Source: Bacillales bacterium UBA1744
GTDB lineage: Bacteria; Bacillota_I; Bacilli_A; RFN20; CAG-826
Assembly (NCBI GenBank): GCA_002314915.1
Contig: DCHU01000026.1
Location: 6,101 to 70,100, forward strand
Length of the DNA stretch: 64,000 nucleotides
Direction of reading: 5' to 3'
The stretch's first letter is position 1; every line of letters starts with the position of its first letter. The notes beneath the pieces are model-generated. The model was not told the DNA's origin. It saw only the letters and a list, made by a program, of their open reading frames with translations, and did not search any database. A program made the position numbers and the translations under genes. Positions 19,396 to 28,841 of this stretch are shown here, in pieces.

Positions 19396-20244
19396 TTACT
19401 TATTTTTCCTGAGCGATAATACACAGATTACAAACGCCATTAGAGAAGCGATGATTGAAGCACCGCCACATACTAGTGACCAATAATCAGCTTTGTATTC
19501 GCCAGGTCCGAATTCTCTGATGACGATGAATGCGAGGACTGCGATCAAAGTTACTACAGCAGGCATCGACGTAGTCGCGATGTTGATGTATTTCTTTATA
19601 TCGGATTCTTTGAGGAATACCGATGCGATTGATACCACTATGGCTACGCAAGAGATGATAAACGCCACCATGAACAACGAATTATCCGCCGCATCTAGAC
19701 CGGAATCCTTGATGAATTGGTCTAACGCTGCGTATCCCATCGATAAGAGAGATGTTGCCGTTAAGGTAGATAAGGCTGCAATAACGCAGTTTTTATCTAG
19801 TTTTGATGAGATTTTAGGGAAGAACTTCAATGCTCTTAAGGCGATGTTGAGGACCGCCACCAAGGATATCAATGCCCTAGCGATGTATCTGAACGCTGTA
19901 TCCGGTCCGGATAATGTGTATTTCAGGAAGTAATCGTGTCCTGCGATGACACAGACAACGAGTTCACCGACAGATACCACAATAAAGGCGATCTTGGACC
20001 ACAACGAATCCTTTTTGTTGTCGATGTAGAGTATTCCTGCATCGATGATTGTTAGCATGCCCACCACCGCTGGAATCCAATAAGAGATATAGAATCCGGT
20101 CTCTTCAGGTGTGTCATAAGCCTTCTGGCCAAGACACAAAGAGAAAGCGAACGCCACTAAGAACAACAGCAAAGAAACCACTATCTCAAGTGATACGTTC
20201 AATCTAGGTTTATCGCTACTTGTTGTTCTCTTGCTGAATTTCAT
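19396..20244 (-). CDS. Polytopic membrane protein of unknown function
   Basis: 282 aa with roughly 8 predicted TM helices. No recognisable motif. Confidence 0.55.
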   Translation of the reverse strand: MKFSKRTTSSDKPRLNVSLEIVVSLLLFLVAFAFSLCLGQKAYDTPEETGFYISYWIPAVVGMLTIIDAGILYIDNKKDSLWSKIAFIVVSVGELVVCVIAGHDYFLKYTLSGPDTAFRYIARALISLVAVLNIALRALKFFPKISSKLDKNCVIAALSTLTATSLLSMGYAALDQFIKDSGLDAADNSLFMVAFIISCVAIVVSIASVFLKESDIKKYINIATTSMPAVVTLIAVLAFIVIREFGPGEYKADYWSLVCGGASIIASLMAFVICVLSLRKNK

Positions 20245-20897
20245 AACACTATTTTAAGCAAATCTTTGACTTCGTTAATAACGAAAGTGGCTTTGTCCAT
20301 CAATTCTCTCGTATAAGTCTCATAACCCCAGGTGACAAGACATGAGTCCACCCCTGCATTATTCGCGGTTTCGAGGTCGATTTTGGAGTCTCCTACATAT
20401 AGGGTATATTTCATATCCAGACCATACTGAGTCCTGAAATGCTCGACAATCAATGGATTTGGTTTAACTGGTGCGCCAGGCTTCTGACCAAGCACATCCA
20501 CAAACATATCATCCCCGAATATCTTCTCAACGATTATCTTCGCCAGTTCGTGTGGCTTATTCGTGCAGATGAATAAAGAAACGCCTTTTGATTTCATTTC
20601 CATCAACGCTTCTTTAATACCATCAAACTCTTTTGTACTTCTTCCTTGATAGGCTTTGTATTTAGGCATGTATGACTCTTTGAGCTTTGCCCAGGTCTCT
20701 TCTTTGTCGTATTTACCTAACGCACGATGCATGAGATTATCCGCTCCTGCACCAATTAATTTATGTGCAACCTCGTCTGAGGTGTAGGAAAGAGGGATGC
20801 CGATTTCTTTTAGGGCATCATTGATTGCGTCTTTGATATCGTGGATAGAATCGATTAGAGTGCCATCTAAATCGAATATGACTGACTGATATCCCAT
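20241..20897 (-). CDS. HAD-IA family hydrolase (phosphoglycolate phosphatase/PpaX-like)
   Basis: It has the DLDGTLIDS motif I and YVGDSKIDLETANNAG motif IV. Confidence 0.8.
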   Translation of the reverse strand: MGYQSVIFDLDGTLIDSIHDIKDAINDALKEIGIPLSYTSDEVAHKLIGAGADNLMHRALGKYDKEETWAKLKESYMPKYKAYQGRSTKEFDGIKEALMEMKSKGVSLFICTNKPHELAKIIVEKIFGDDMFVDVLGQKPGAPVKPNPLIVEHFRTQYGLDMKYTLYVGDSKIDLETANNAGVDSCLVTWGYETYTRELMDKATFVINEVKDLLKIVL

Positions 20898-21035
20898 ATT
20901 TCCCTCCTGTTTTTAGCCGTTTTGAGAGGATTCCCCCAAGTTTGTGGGTACTTTTCCGCCAATCGGGTTTAAATCGTTAAAACCGCTTGTTTAAATACTT
21001 AAATCCAAGCGTATTGATATTCTATCACAACAAAA

Positions 21036-21079
21036 GAAAAAGCCCCCTTATAAAGAGAGCTTAAATCTTAAGTTTTGCT
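21036..21079 (-). terminator. Repeat copy 1 of a 46-nt terminator module (minus-strand hairpin AAGCUCUC/GGGGGCUU plus U-run)
   Basis: The sequence is identical to copy 3 (25375..25417) over about 46 nt. It sits immediately 3' of the disrupted lipoprotein gene. Confidence 0.6.
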
Positions 21080-22757
21080 AATTATCAAAGAGATAATCGA
21101 ATGTGTATTCATTATCAATGGTGAACATTCTTACATACAGGCCTTCTAAGTTATGGTTAGATGGTGTGAACGAAATGCCAAATGTCTTTTTGTCAAAAAC
21201 ATAGATATCCTGGTAGCCTTTGATAACGTATTCGTAATCGTTGACGTCGCCACTATAGTTGACCGTTTTCAGTGAAGAACACTTAATTTTGTATAAATCA
21301 TCGATGTTGATGCTTTTTGCTTCCTCTGGATTGTTGGCGCTTTGCGCAAAAAGATTCTCGCCCATTATTTTGGAAATTCTATAATAACTAGTCCTTATAT
21401 CGTTGCCTTCCACGAGTGTGCCGTAACTAAAGTGGAAATAGGACCTTCCTTTGGAATCGCGTACTTGGTAAGAGGAAGGAGCGACAACATCGCACACCTC
21501 CCCGTTTTTAAGTTTGAATCTGAGCATTGGATCCGATTCATTGACTATCGAACCTGGCATCAAATCTTCATCGATTAGACAAACATAAGAGTCGAGGCAT
21601 TTGTTTACCGCTTTTATTTTGCTTTCCAGACCTTCAAATCTTTCATAATGATCGACACCATAAATATTAGTGCAACCAGAAGGACGTATGTTTTCACAAT
21701 ATTCAATATCATCCGGTGTGACATTTCGCAATTCTGGGTATAAGTCTCGAACGGTTGTTCCCACGAATTTCGTGTCATCGACAACGATTTTTATGGTTTC
21801 GGTTGCATTCTGATATCTAAAAGTTGTTGAAGAATAATCAGCATCCTTGAAATATACCCTAAACATCATTCCGCTCTCAAATCGATAGACTCTAATAGGT
21901 TGTAGAAGCGATGAAGAAATCTCTGGGTAAGTAATCTCTCCATTGGTCTCAATGGTGACAGAGAAAACGTAGGTGAAATACGTGCTGACAACAACGGTAT
22001 CAGTCATGTCCAACTGCTTGGTTGTTTCTCCCTCCTGAAACATAGAAACGTTAATTTTTGTTATAACTTCCGGCACAATCCAGTTTATATAGATACCCTT
22101 CTCTTTGCTATATCTTATGAATCCTGAGGAGATCGAATCTTCTTTCGGGTTCGTAGACGGTTTTGCCTGAAGCACATAAATAAACCCTTCACGCAATTCG
22201 AGGAAGTAATTTTTTAATGATTCAGCTTTTATATCAAAGATAACCTGATCATTTTTTACATCAAAAATCTCAACATAATAATTAGGCGATGAGCCTTTTG
22301 TCTGTTTAACATAGCAAAGATCCCTATAACCATCCTTGTTGACGTCAGAGAGATACAATGAAAAATACGTTGCAACCGGTTTCGCGTCCCCTTTGTGTTC
22401 ATAGGCCTGTCCGTCAACCCCTATGTACAGATAAAAATCTGGGAGTTCTCTTATTACTAAATCCCCATATATGGCATCAACGTCTTCGAGACGATCGTAT
22501 ATTAACTCGCCCAACGAGCGCGGTTCATCAAAATTGATATCCACCCTCGGGTCGCTTGATTCTGGAACTTTGGTCGTCGATTGGATTTCCGAAGTTAGCC
22601 AGCTTTCTTAACTTGTTGTAGAGGCAGCTTCCGATAACGAAGAGTCGTTGTCAGACATAAAGGGTTCCGAACCTGACACTTGTTCCACAAAGCCGCCGGA
22701 ACAAGCAACTAGCAACGCAGCACTGCAAATGGCAAGAATCTTGTTCAATAATTTCAT
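21078..22757 (-). pseudogene. Lipoprotein gene interrupted by an in-frame TAA (signal peptide, then stop, then a ~510-aa body)
   Basis: The ATG at 22757 has an AGGAGGA RBS and encodes MKLLNKILAICSAALLVACSGG..., which has a lipobox. An in-frame TAA lies at 22608..22610. The same frame then continues without an ATG into the 488-aa ORF (21078..22544), which the ORF track starts at a GTG. Confidence 0.5.
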
Positions 22758-22778
22758 ATAATTATCCTCCTAATAAGT

Positions 22779-23234
22779 CTAATACGAGAATAGAGGCACA
22801 GAAAAGAACGCACATCCGTCCGAATAATTAAATTCGTAGTCATAGCCTAACCATTCAAATCCGGAATCCTCACACGATTTCTTATTGCAATACTCAGGAT
22901 CAATAATAGGGTTTCCATCATAATCATAGTTCCTTACCGCACCGGAAGCCGGCTTATGCGACCAAGTCCCATCTGAATTTTGCCTATACCAGTGATAATC
23001 CTTGAGTGTACTAGACGTATCCAGGGCAAGCATGACTTTATAAAAACCTTCAGCGCACGCTTCGAATCTGTCCGCCAAAATCCCACTATCATCAGTGAAA
23101 TCTAAAAAATCAATTAGGCCTAAAGCGGATGCGCGATAACCGCTTCCGCTTACACGGAAACGAGCCACGCCAAAGGAGCAAAGGCAAAGAACGGCGACAA
23201 AAATGGTTGTTAATAACTGCTGTTTGCACTTCAC
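22779..23234 (-). CDS. Small secreted protein (151 aa) with a DYHWYRQNSDGTWSHKPG motif
   Basis: It has an N-terminal signal peptide and several Cys residues. It may be a peptidase-related or inhibitor-like partner of the adjacent C10 protease. No confident family assignment. Confidence 0.45.
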   Translation of the reverse strand: MKCKQQLLTTIFVAVLCLCSFGVARFRVSGSGYRASALGLIDFLDFTDDSGILADRFEACAEGFYKVMLALDTSSTLKDYHWYRQNSDGTWSHKPASGAVRNYDYDGNPIIDPEYCNKKSCEDSGFEWLGYDYEFNYSDGCAFFSVPLFSY

Positions 23235-23356
23235 GCTTTCATTTAAACATACGGGAATATTCGACTCAAGGCAATTTTAACACACTGTAAGTTTTTAACA
23301 ATTGTGACGGATTCGAAACACGGTCTTTAAAGCGTTTGCAATACATTCAGACCAAA

Positions 23357-23379
23357 GAAAAAGCCCCCTTATAAAGAGA
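23357..23379 (-). terminator. Repeat copy 2 (partial, 23 nt) of the terminator module
   Basis: It shares gaaaaagcccccttataaagaga with copies 1 and 3. It has a weaker hairpin (GUUCUC/GGGGGC) followed by a U-run. Confidence 0.45.
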
Positions 23380-23415
23380 ACTTTGAATCGTGGTTTATAT
23401 TTATTCTCTGATAGT

Positions 23416-24222
23416 TTAAGCAAAGAGTGATAAGAATCCTTCAAGATTTGGCGCTGCAATCTTGTAGAAGTTTCCATTTACACCAATATCATTTGCCCCT
23501 CCGGTCATGAAAGTGACCTCGGAAGCGTCGGTCTTTGTAATTGTAAATGTGCAAATATTATCACCAGGGGCCAAACCTTCGGATGATTTAATCAACGAAC
23601 AGCCATCAAACAAGTGCTCATATTTTGCCTTTGTGTCTGAGTCGTTTTTGATAACTTCCTTTGCAGGAACTTCAGTTGAACCGCTATATCTAGCAGCTGT
23701 GTAGCCTTTGATGGACTGGATGCTGTCTGCCTTTATGATAAGACTGTCTAAAACCGAGACATCTGCCACTTCAGCGCCGTACGAAAAACCAGCGTAGTAG
23801 TTAATTTGACCGAACTTTGCGGCAAAACAAATGTAGTATCTTGAGTTTTTTACGTTATATCTCTCAATAGTGCACTTGTCTCCTACAATTGAATAAGGAT
23901 GTTCATTTACGCCTGATACTTCAGGGAAATTGACCGCATACTTGCAAGAGAATTCCGCATCTTTAAAGTCTCCGACTAGCGCAAAAGACACATTGTCTAA
24001 ACCATCGATTGACGTAAATGTCTGATATGACGTCTTTATGACTGCCTCCACATTTCCGTCGAACTCGGTCATGGCAATTGCCTTATCCTCCGCAAACTTG
24101 ATCGCCTTTCCATTTTCTTCTTGATTCGACGAAATGACCACATCGTCACTTCCAGAAGATGCTGGACCGGCACATCCAAATAAAACAGGAATAATCGACA
24201 ATAGAAGTAATTTAGCTTTCAT
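23416..24222 (-). CDS. Lipoprotein of unknown function
   Basis: The likely start is MKAKLLLLSIIPVLFGCAG, which has a lipobox. The upstream extension in the ORF track is probably not translated. Confidence 0.55.
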   Translation of the reverse strand: MKAKLLLLSIIPVLFGCAGPASSGSDDVVISSNQEENGKAIKFAEDKAIAMTEFDGNVEAVIKTSYQTFTSIDGLDNVSFALVGDFKDAEFSCKYAVNFPEVSGVNEHPYSIVGDKCTIERYNVKNSRYYICFAAKFGQINYYAGFSYGAEVADVSVLDSLIIKADSIQSIKGYTAARYSGSTEVPAKEVIKNDSDTKAKYEHLFDGCSLIKSSEGLAPGDNICTFTITKTDASEVTFMTGGANDIGVNGNFYKIAAPNLEGFLSLFA

Positions 24223-25273
24223 AATTACACCTCCTGCACGTTCCATTAGAATCCATTCCCAAAGATTCAAAAACGTGTCTTTCTAAATAAGAATATCCAC
24301 AAACACACCTACACCTGTGGTAAAGGCTGTCCACGCATGTATATGTGTAATTGTGATAATGTTCACCGCAGCCACAGTAATATTGAGAGCCAACCCGGTA
24401 ATTGTCCGAATGTATCTCTCCCATTAATGTGAAATCTGCTGTACCAGCCATATAAATGTAATAACCATCCAAAGTCATGTCAGTTGAGGAGGAACCCCAC
24501 CCAAAATTGCAATGGATGCCGTAGTCATCGTAATAATACGCAACGACTGAGTGATATGAGGTATATGATCCGTCTGTCGCAATATGCAAAATAACTGGTT
24601 TGCCTTCATCGAGCAGGTTTTTTACATATAAATCAAGCCCTGAAATCGAAGATGGATCTGTTGGTGAATTTGAATATGAAGAATACGTTACATAGTCAAA
24701 CGAAGCCTGACCAACACCATACAATCCATCAAATATGCTCTCATAATCCCACATTCCAATACTTGGCGAATACGAAAGCATGCCGGCGTTCTTTATACTC
24801 ATGCATTTTGCTTGAAAATCAACATCCTTGTTTTGAATAACATAAGCGGCAAGTTGGACAGAGTCGGTTGGATAGCTCTGTCTTAAGACGCCAGGAGACT
24901 TCGATAATGCCTGTGATGCCGTTGTTGCGTTCTCGTATCTCCGTTCATAACGTTCAGGAATTATGCCATCGTTGTAGAAAGTATCATAATATGACATATA
25001 TTGGATGAGAGATACATACCCGCAACTGCCATTAGAATTAATTGGGCTATAGTCGTAGAGATTCGAAAAATAAGTCTCCGTGTTGCCGTTAAACGATATT
25101 GTTGGACTTATCGAAAGCGGCAAATCGTCAATACTGTCATCCGCATCATCCTCGACAACAGTGGATTCGAATGGCATATTAAGGAAAATGTCATCATTAA
25201 GTCTCCAATGTGTTGGCAAAAATGATGTAGCTAAGAATTGTACAAAAAGGATAGATATCAACCTGTGTTTCAT
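24212..25273 (-). CDS. Secreted papain-fold cysteine peptidase, family C10 (streptopain/SpeB-like), with a Cys-rich C-terminal tail
   Basis: It has a signal peptide. The Cys region NGSCGYVSLIQYMSYY parallels SpeB ATGCVATATAQIMKYH. The His region YHSVVAYYYDDYGIHCNFGWG parallels SpeB GGHAFVIDG...YHVNWGWGG. The C-terminal roughly 50 aa contain 10 Cys. Confidence 0.6.
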   Translation of the reverse strand: MKHRLISILFVQFLATSFLPTHWRLNDDIFLNMPFESTVVEDDADDSIDDLPLSISPTISFNGNTETYFSNLYDYSPINSNGSCGYVSLIQYMSYYDTFYNDGIIPERYERRYENATTASQALSKSPGVLRQSYPTDSVQLAAYVIQNKDVDFQAKCMSIKNAGMLSYSPSIGMWDYESIFDGLYGVGQASFDYVTYSSYSNSPTDPSSISGLDLYVKNLLDEGKPVILHIATDGSYTSYHSVVAYYYDDYGIHCNFGWGSSSTDMTLDGYYIYMAGTADFTLMGEIHSDNYRVGSQYYCGCGEHYHNYTYTCVDSLYHRCRCVCGYSYLERHVFESLGMDSNGTCRRCNYES

Positions 25274-25374
25274 GTATATAGTGATAATAGCAAAAGTTTG
25301 AAATTCAATAAAAAGTTACAAAAAGTTTAATTCTGCCACGAATTGTGTACAGATTTTTCTTTATTTGTTCAGTA

Positions 25375-25417
25375 AAAAAGCCCCCTTATAAAGAGAGCTT
25401 AAATCTTAAGTTTTGCT
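25375..25417 (-). terminator. rplQ (alpha operon) intrinsic terminator; repeat copy 3 of the terminator module
   Basis: The minus strand reads AAGCUCUC-UUUAUAA-GGGGGCUU-UUUU, an 8-bp stem with two G-U pairs. It lies immediately after the rplQ stop. Confidence 0.6.
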
Positions 25418-25420
25418 TAA

Positions 25421-25822
25421 TTAGTCAACCCAAGCGATGAGGACGAGTTCAGCATTGTCACCCTTACGAGCGCCAAGCTTGACGGAGGTTGTGTAACCAC
25501 CGTTTCTGTCTTTGAACTTAGGACCGATTTCAGCGAAGAGCTTATCGAGAGCCTGGACACCCTTCTCATCGACGATGTCGTGACGGATGACTCTTGCAGC
25601 CTGACGGCGGCTAGCGAGATCGCCAGCTTTAGCATAAGTGACCATCTTGTCTGCGAGAGAGACTAACTCTTTCTTAACTCCTGATGTAACTGTGACGTGG
25701 CCGTGAACGATGAGTTCGCTGACGACGTTACGGAGCATTGACTTCTCTTTAGATGCTGTATAAGCAGCTTTGAAACGGACACCAGTTTTGCCGTGGACGT
25801 GTTTTCTTCCTTGTGCAGCCAT
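25421..25822 (-). CDS. rplQ: 50S ribosomal protein L17
   Basis: 133 aa. It follows rpoA. Confidence 0.93.
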   Translation of the reverse strand: MAAQGRKHVHGKTGVRFKAAYTASKEKSMLRNVVSELIVHGHVTVTSGVKKELVSLADKMVTYAKAGDLASRRQAARVIRHDIVDEKGVQALDKLFAEIGPKFKDRNGGYTTSVKLGARKGDNAELVLIAWVD

Positions 25823-25825
25823 TGT

Positions 25826-26830
25826 TTATTCTCCTACATAATCACGGAAGTGAAGCCCGATTGATGCAAGCTTCTCCTTCACTTCTTTTAACGACTTCTT
25901 GCCGAGGTTGCGGACCTTCATCATCTCATCCTCGCTCTTCTGAGTGAGTTCCATGACGGTGGAGATACCTGCTCTCTTCAAGCAGTTGTTTGAACGGACT
26001 GAGAGGTCGAGTTCTTCGATCATCATGTCCTGATACTTGTTTTCTTCTGTTCTAACTTCTTCCTTAACGAGCTTGAAGCCCTCGACAGCCTTGTCGAGCT
26101 GGTCGATGACTGCCTGGAAGTGACCTGTTAAGAGCTTAGCTGCCATAGCAACTGCCTTATCAGGCTCGATAGAACCGTTGGTTGTGACTTCGAGAGTTAA
26201 CTTATCGAACTTTGAGTCGTGGCCAACACGGGCAGACTCTGTATCGAATCCGACTTTAACGACTGGTGAGTAGTTTGAGTCAGTTGAGATAACGCCGATT
26301 GTCTTGATGTTGTGCTCAGCTTTGTTGGCATCACATGTGTAATAGCCACGTCCCTGTGCAGCATAGATTGTCATCTTGATGTGGCCATCTTCGTTGAGAT
26401 GTGCGATTTCAAGATCTGGGTTGATGACGCTAACGAGAGCTGGGAGTTCTAAGTCACCGGCTTTTAAGACGCCAGGACCCTGGAAATCAACCTCTAAACG
26501 CTTAACATCATTTGCAGGTCCATCAATCTTAAGGACTAAATCCTTGAGGTTGAGGATGATTGCGGTGACGTCTTCTTCCACACCTGGGATAGCTGTGAAT
26601 TCATGACGGACACCTTCGATTTCGATCGCGAAGACGCTCGCGCCAGGAAGGGCGCTGAGGAGTACGCGGCGAAGTGCATTACCGATTGTAATGCCAAAGC
26701 CTCTTTCGAGAGGTTCAACGACGAATCTAGCGTAGTGCTCGGATTCCTGATAGTCCTTCATCTCAATTGTGAATGGATGAAATGGGTTTGGGATGATGAG
26801 TTCTTCGACGTCGTTATTGAAATTTGCCAT
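25826..26830 (-). CDS. rpoA: DNA-directed RNA polymerase subunit alpha
   Basis: 334 aa with N-terminal and C-terminal alpha domains. Confidence 0.95.
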   Translation of the reverse strand: MANFNNDVEELIIPNPFHPFTIEMKDYQESEHYARFVVEPLERGFGITIGNALRRVLLSALPGASVFAIEIEGVRHEFTAIPGVEEDVTAIILNLKDLVLKIDGPANDVKRLEVDFQGPGVLKAGDLELPALVSVINPDLEIAHLNEDGHIKMTIYAAQGRGYYTCDANKAEHNIKTIGVISTDSNYSPVVKVGFDTESARVGHDSKFDKLTLEVTTNGSIEPDKAVAMAAKLLTGHFQAVIDQLDKAVEGFKLVKEEVRTEENKYQDMMIEELDLSVRSNNCLKRAGISTVMELTQKSEDEMMKVRNLGKKSLKEVKEKLASIGLHFRDYVGE

Positions 26831-26880
26831 TAATTTTCCTCCTATTTTGAAATTTCCCTATTGGGGCGTGTGTTCTCTAA

Positions 26881-27294
26881 TTAGCCTCTTGGCTTCTTTG
26901 GAGGACGGCAGCCGTTGTGTGGGACTGGTGTTGTGTCTTCGATTGAGAGGACCTGGAGACCGACTGTTCCGAGTGCTCTGACTGCGGACTCACGGCCTGG
27001 GCCTGGACCCTTAACGTCGACATCAACCTGGCGGAGGCCCTGGTCAAATGCGACTTTTCCAGCAGCTTCTGCAGCTAACTGAGCTGCGAATGGAGTTGCC
27101 TTCTTTGCGCCTTTGTAACCAAGTGCACCTGCACTGGACCAAGCAATAACATTGCCTGCGACATCAGTGATAGTGACGATTGTGTTGTTGAAGGATGCGT
27201 GAACGTGTGCGACGCCCTTTGTATAAGATCTTTTGATCTTTTTCTTTCTAGCAGAAGTAGTCTTCTTGCCGTTTTTCTTCTTGTTATCAGCCAT
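26881..27294 (-). CDS. rpsK: 30S ribosomal protein S11
   Basis: 137 aa. It carries [17 protein letters not shown]. Confidence 0.93.
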   Translation of the reverse strand: MADNKKKNGKKTTSARKKKIKRSYTKGVAHVHASFNNTIVTITDVAGNVIAWSSAGALGYKGAKKATPFAAQLAAEAAGKVAFDQGLRQVDVDVKGPGPGRESAVRALGTVGLQVLSIEDTTPVPHNGCRPPKKPRG

Positions 27295-27310
27295 TTTCTA
27301 CTCCTCCTTA

Positions 27311-27685
27311 TTACTTAGAAGCTTCCTTCTTGTTTGCGATGGTCTTTCTCTTACCCTTACGTGTACGAGCGTTTGTCTTTGTTCTCTGACCACGGACAGG
27401 AAGTCCAGCTTTGTGGCGCTTGCCTCTGTAACATCCGATTTCTGTTAATCTCTTGATGTTGAGAGCGATTTCTCTACGGAGATCACCCTCTGTTTTGTAC
27501 TTAACAACTTCGTTACGAAGAGCGTTGAGCTGATCGTCTGTTAAGTTCTTGACTCTGATGTCTTCTGAGACGCCAGCGTCTTTGCAAATTTTCTGAGCGG
27601 TTGTGTCACCGATACCATAGATATAGGTGAGGGAGATGACAACGCGCTTCTCGTTTGGTATATCGATACCTACAATACGTGCCAT
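27311..27685 (-). CDS. rpsM: 30S ribosomal protein S13
   Basis: 124 aa. The N-terminus reads [10 protein letters not shown]. Confidence 0.95.
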   Translation of the reverse strand: MARIVGIDIPNEKRVVISLTYIYGIGDTTAQKICKDAGVSEDIRVKNLTDDQLNALRNEVVKYKTEGDLRREIALNIKRLTEIGCYRGKRHKAGLPVRGQRTKTNARTRKGKRKTIANKKEASK

Positions 27686-27706
27686 AATTTTCTAATTTCT
27701 CCTAAA

Positions 27707-27820
27707 TTAACCTTGTCTCTGCTTGTGCTTTGGATTGCTGCAGATGACCATCACGACGCCGTTGCGTCTGATGACCTTGCACTTGTCGCAGATAGGTTTG
27801 ACAGATGGTCTTACTTTCAT
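27707..27820 (-). CDS. rpmJ: 50S ribosomal protein L36 (below the ORF-track cutoff)
   Basis: Manual translation gives [37 protein letters not shown]. It lies between infA and rpsM. Confidence 0.85.
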   Translation of the reverse strand: MKVRPSVKPICDKCKVIRRNGVVMVICSNPKHKQRQG

Positions 27821-27859
27821 TGTTTTGTGCTCCTGTAGTGGGAACGTGAGTCCCTCTAA

Positions 27860-28081
27860 TTAATTCTTGTAGCGGAATGTGATGCGGCCGCGTGTTAAAT
27901 CATATGGTGAGAACTGAACGGTAACTCTATCACCAGGGAGAATGCGTATGTAGTGCATACGGATTTTTCCTGAAACGCCGGCCTGAACTACCGCGCCATT
28001 GGCGAGTTTGACTTTAAAGTTTGCATTAGGTAATGACTCCACTACCGTTGCTTCGACTTCAATACAATCTTCTTTACTCAA
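27860..28081 (-). CDS. infA: Translation initiation factor IF-1
   Basis: 73 aa with an S1-like fold. The N-terminus reads [24 protein letters not shown]. Confidence 0.95.
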   Translation of the reverse strand: MSKEDCIEVEATVVESLPNANFKVKLANGAVVQAGVSGKIRMHYIRILPGDRVTVQFSPYDLTRGRITFRYKN

Positions 28082-28838
28082 AGTGTTTATCCTCCAATGT
28101 GATTATTTCGTAGCCATCCTTAGTAACGACTACTGTGTTCTCATAATGAGCGTTTGGCTTTCCGTCTTTAGAAACGGTTGTCCATTCGTCTTTCATGGTC
28201 CTTACGGCTGGCGCGCCCATCATAACCATTGGCTCGATGGCGAGTGTCATGCCTTCTCTAAGTGTTGGACCAGTGCCCGGATTTCCATAGTTTGGAATGT
28301 ACGGGTCTTCATGCATTTCTCTTCCGATGCCGTGACCTGTGAATTCGCGGACCACGCTGTAGCCATTTGATTCGGCAACTTCTTGTATAGCGTGTTCGAC
28401 GTCTCCAAGTCTAACTCCAGCCTTTACCTTGCTGACGCCGGCCCAGAACGCTTCCTCAGTGACTTTGATGAGCTTGAGTTTCTCTTCGCTCACGATGCCG
28501 ACTGGATAGGTTCTGCATGCGTCTCCATGGTAACCGTTGAGTTTAACGACCACGTCTAGAGAGATGATGTCACCGTCAACCAAGATTCTTTTGTTCGATG
28601 GGATGCCATGAACAATGACCTCGTTGACGCTGGTGCAGATGGCTCCAGGGAAACCCCCGTAACCTTTGCTGGCGGGAATGCCACCCTCCCTGCGGATGAC
28701 TTCTTCAGCCTTATCCGCGAGGAATTGGGTACTCACACCAGGTTTCACGAGAGGTCCGACCTCTTCGAAGACCTTAGCCGTGAGGCGTCCAGCCTTTCTC
28801 ATGAGTTCGATTTCTCTCGGAGACTTGATGCTGATCAT
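28074..28838 (-). CDS. map: Type I methionine aminopeptidase
   Basis: 254 aa with conserved metal ligands (D..D..H..E..E). Confidence 0.93.
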   Translation of the reverse strand: MISIKSPREIELMRKAGRLTAKVFEEVGPLVKPGVSTQFLADKAEEVIRREGGIPASKGYGGFPGAICTSVNEVIVHGIPSNKRILVDGDIISLDVVVKLNGYHGDACRTYPVGIVSEEKLKLIKVTEEAFWAGVSKVKAGVRLGDVEHAIQEVAESNGYSVVREFTGHGIGREMHEDPYIPNYGNPGTGPTLREGMTLAIEPMVMMGAPAVRTMKDEWTTVSKDGKPNAHYENTVVVTKDGYEIITLEDKHFE

Positions 28839-28841
28839 TTA

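Noticed and set aside
23295-23477. 60-aa ORF overlapping the 3' end of the lipoprotein gene and the terminator copy
   Set aside because: It overlaps a better-supported gene and a terminator hairpin. It has no RBS and is likely non-coding.
21036-25417. Three copies of the 46-nt element interpreted as phage or integron att sites or transposon ends
   Set aside because: Each copy folds into an 8-bp hairpin followed by a U-run on the transcribed (minus) strand and sits exactly at gene 3' ends, so the element is an intrinsic terminator. No integrase, transposase or inverted-repeat partner is present. The duplication itself is still reported as a finding.
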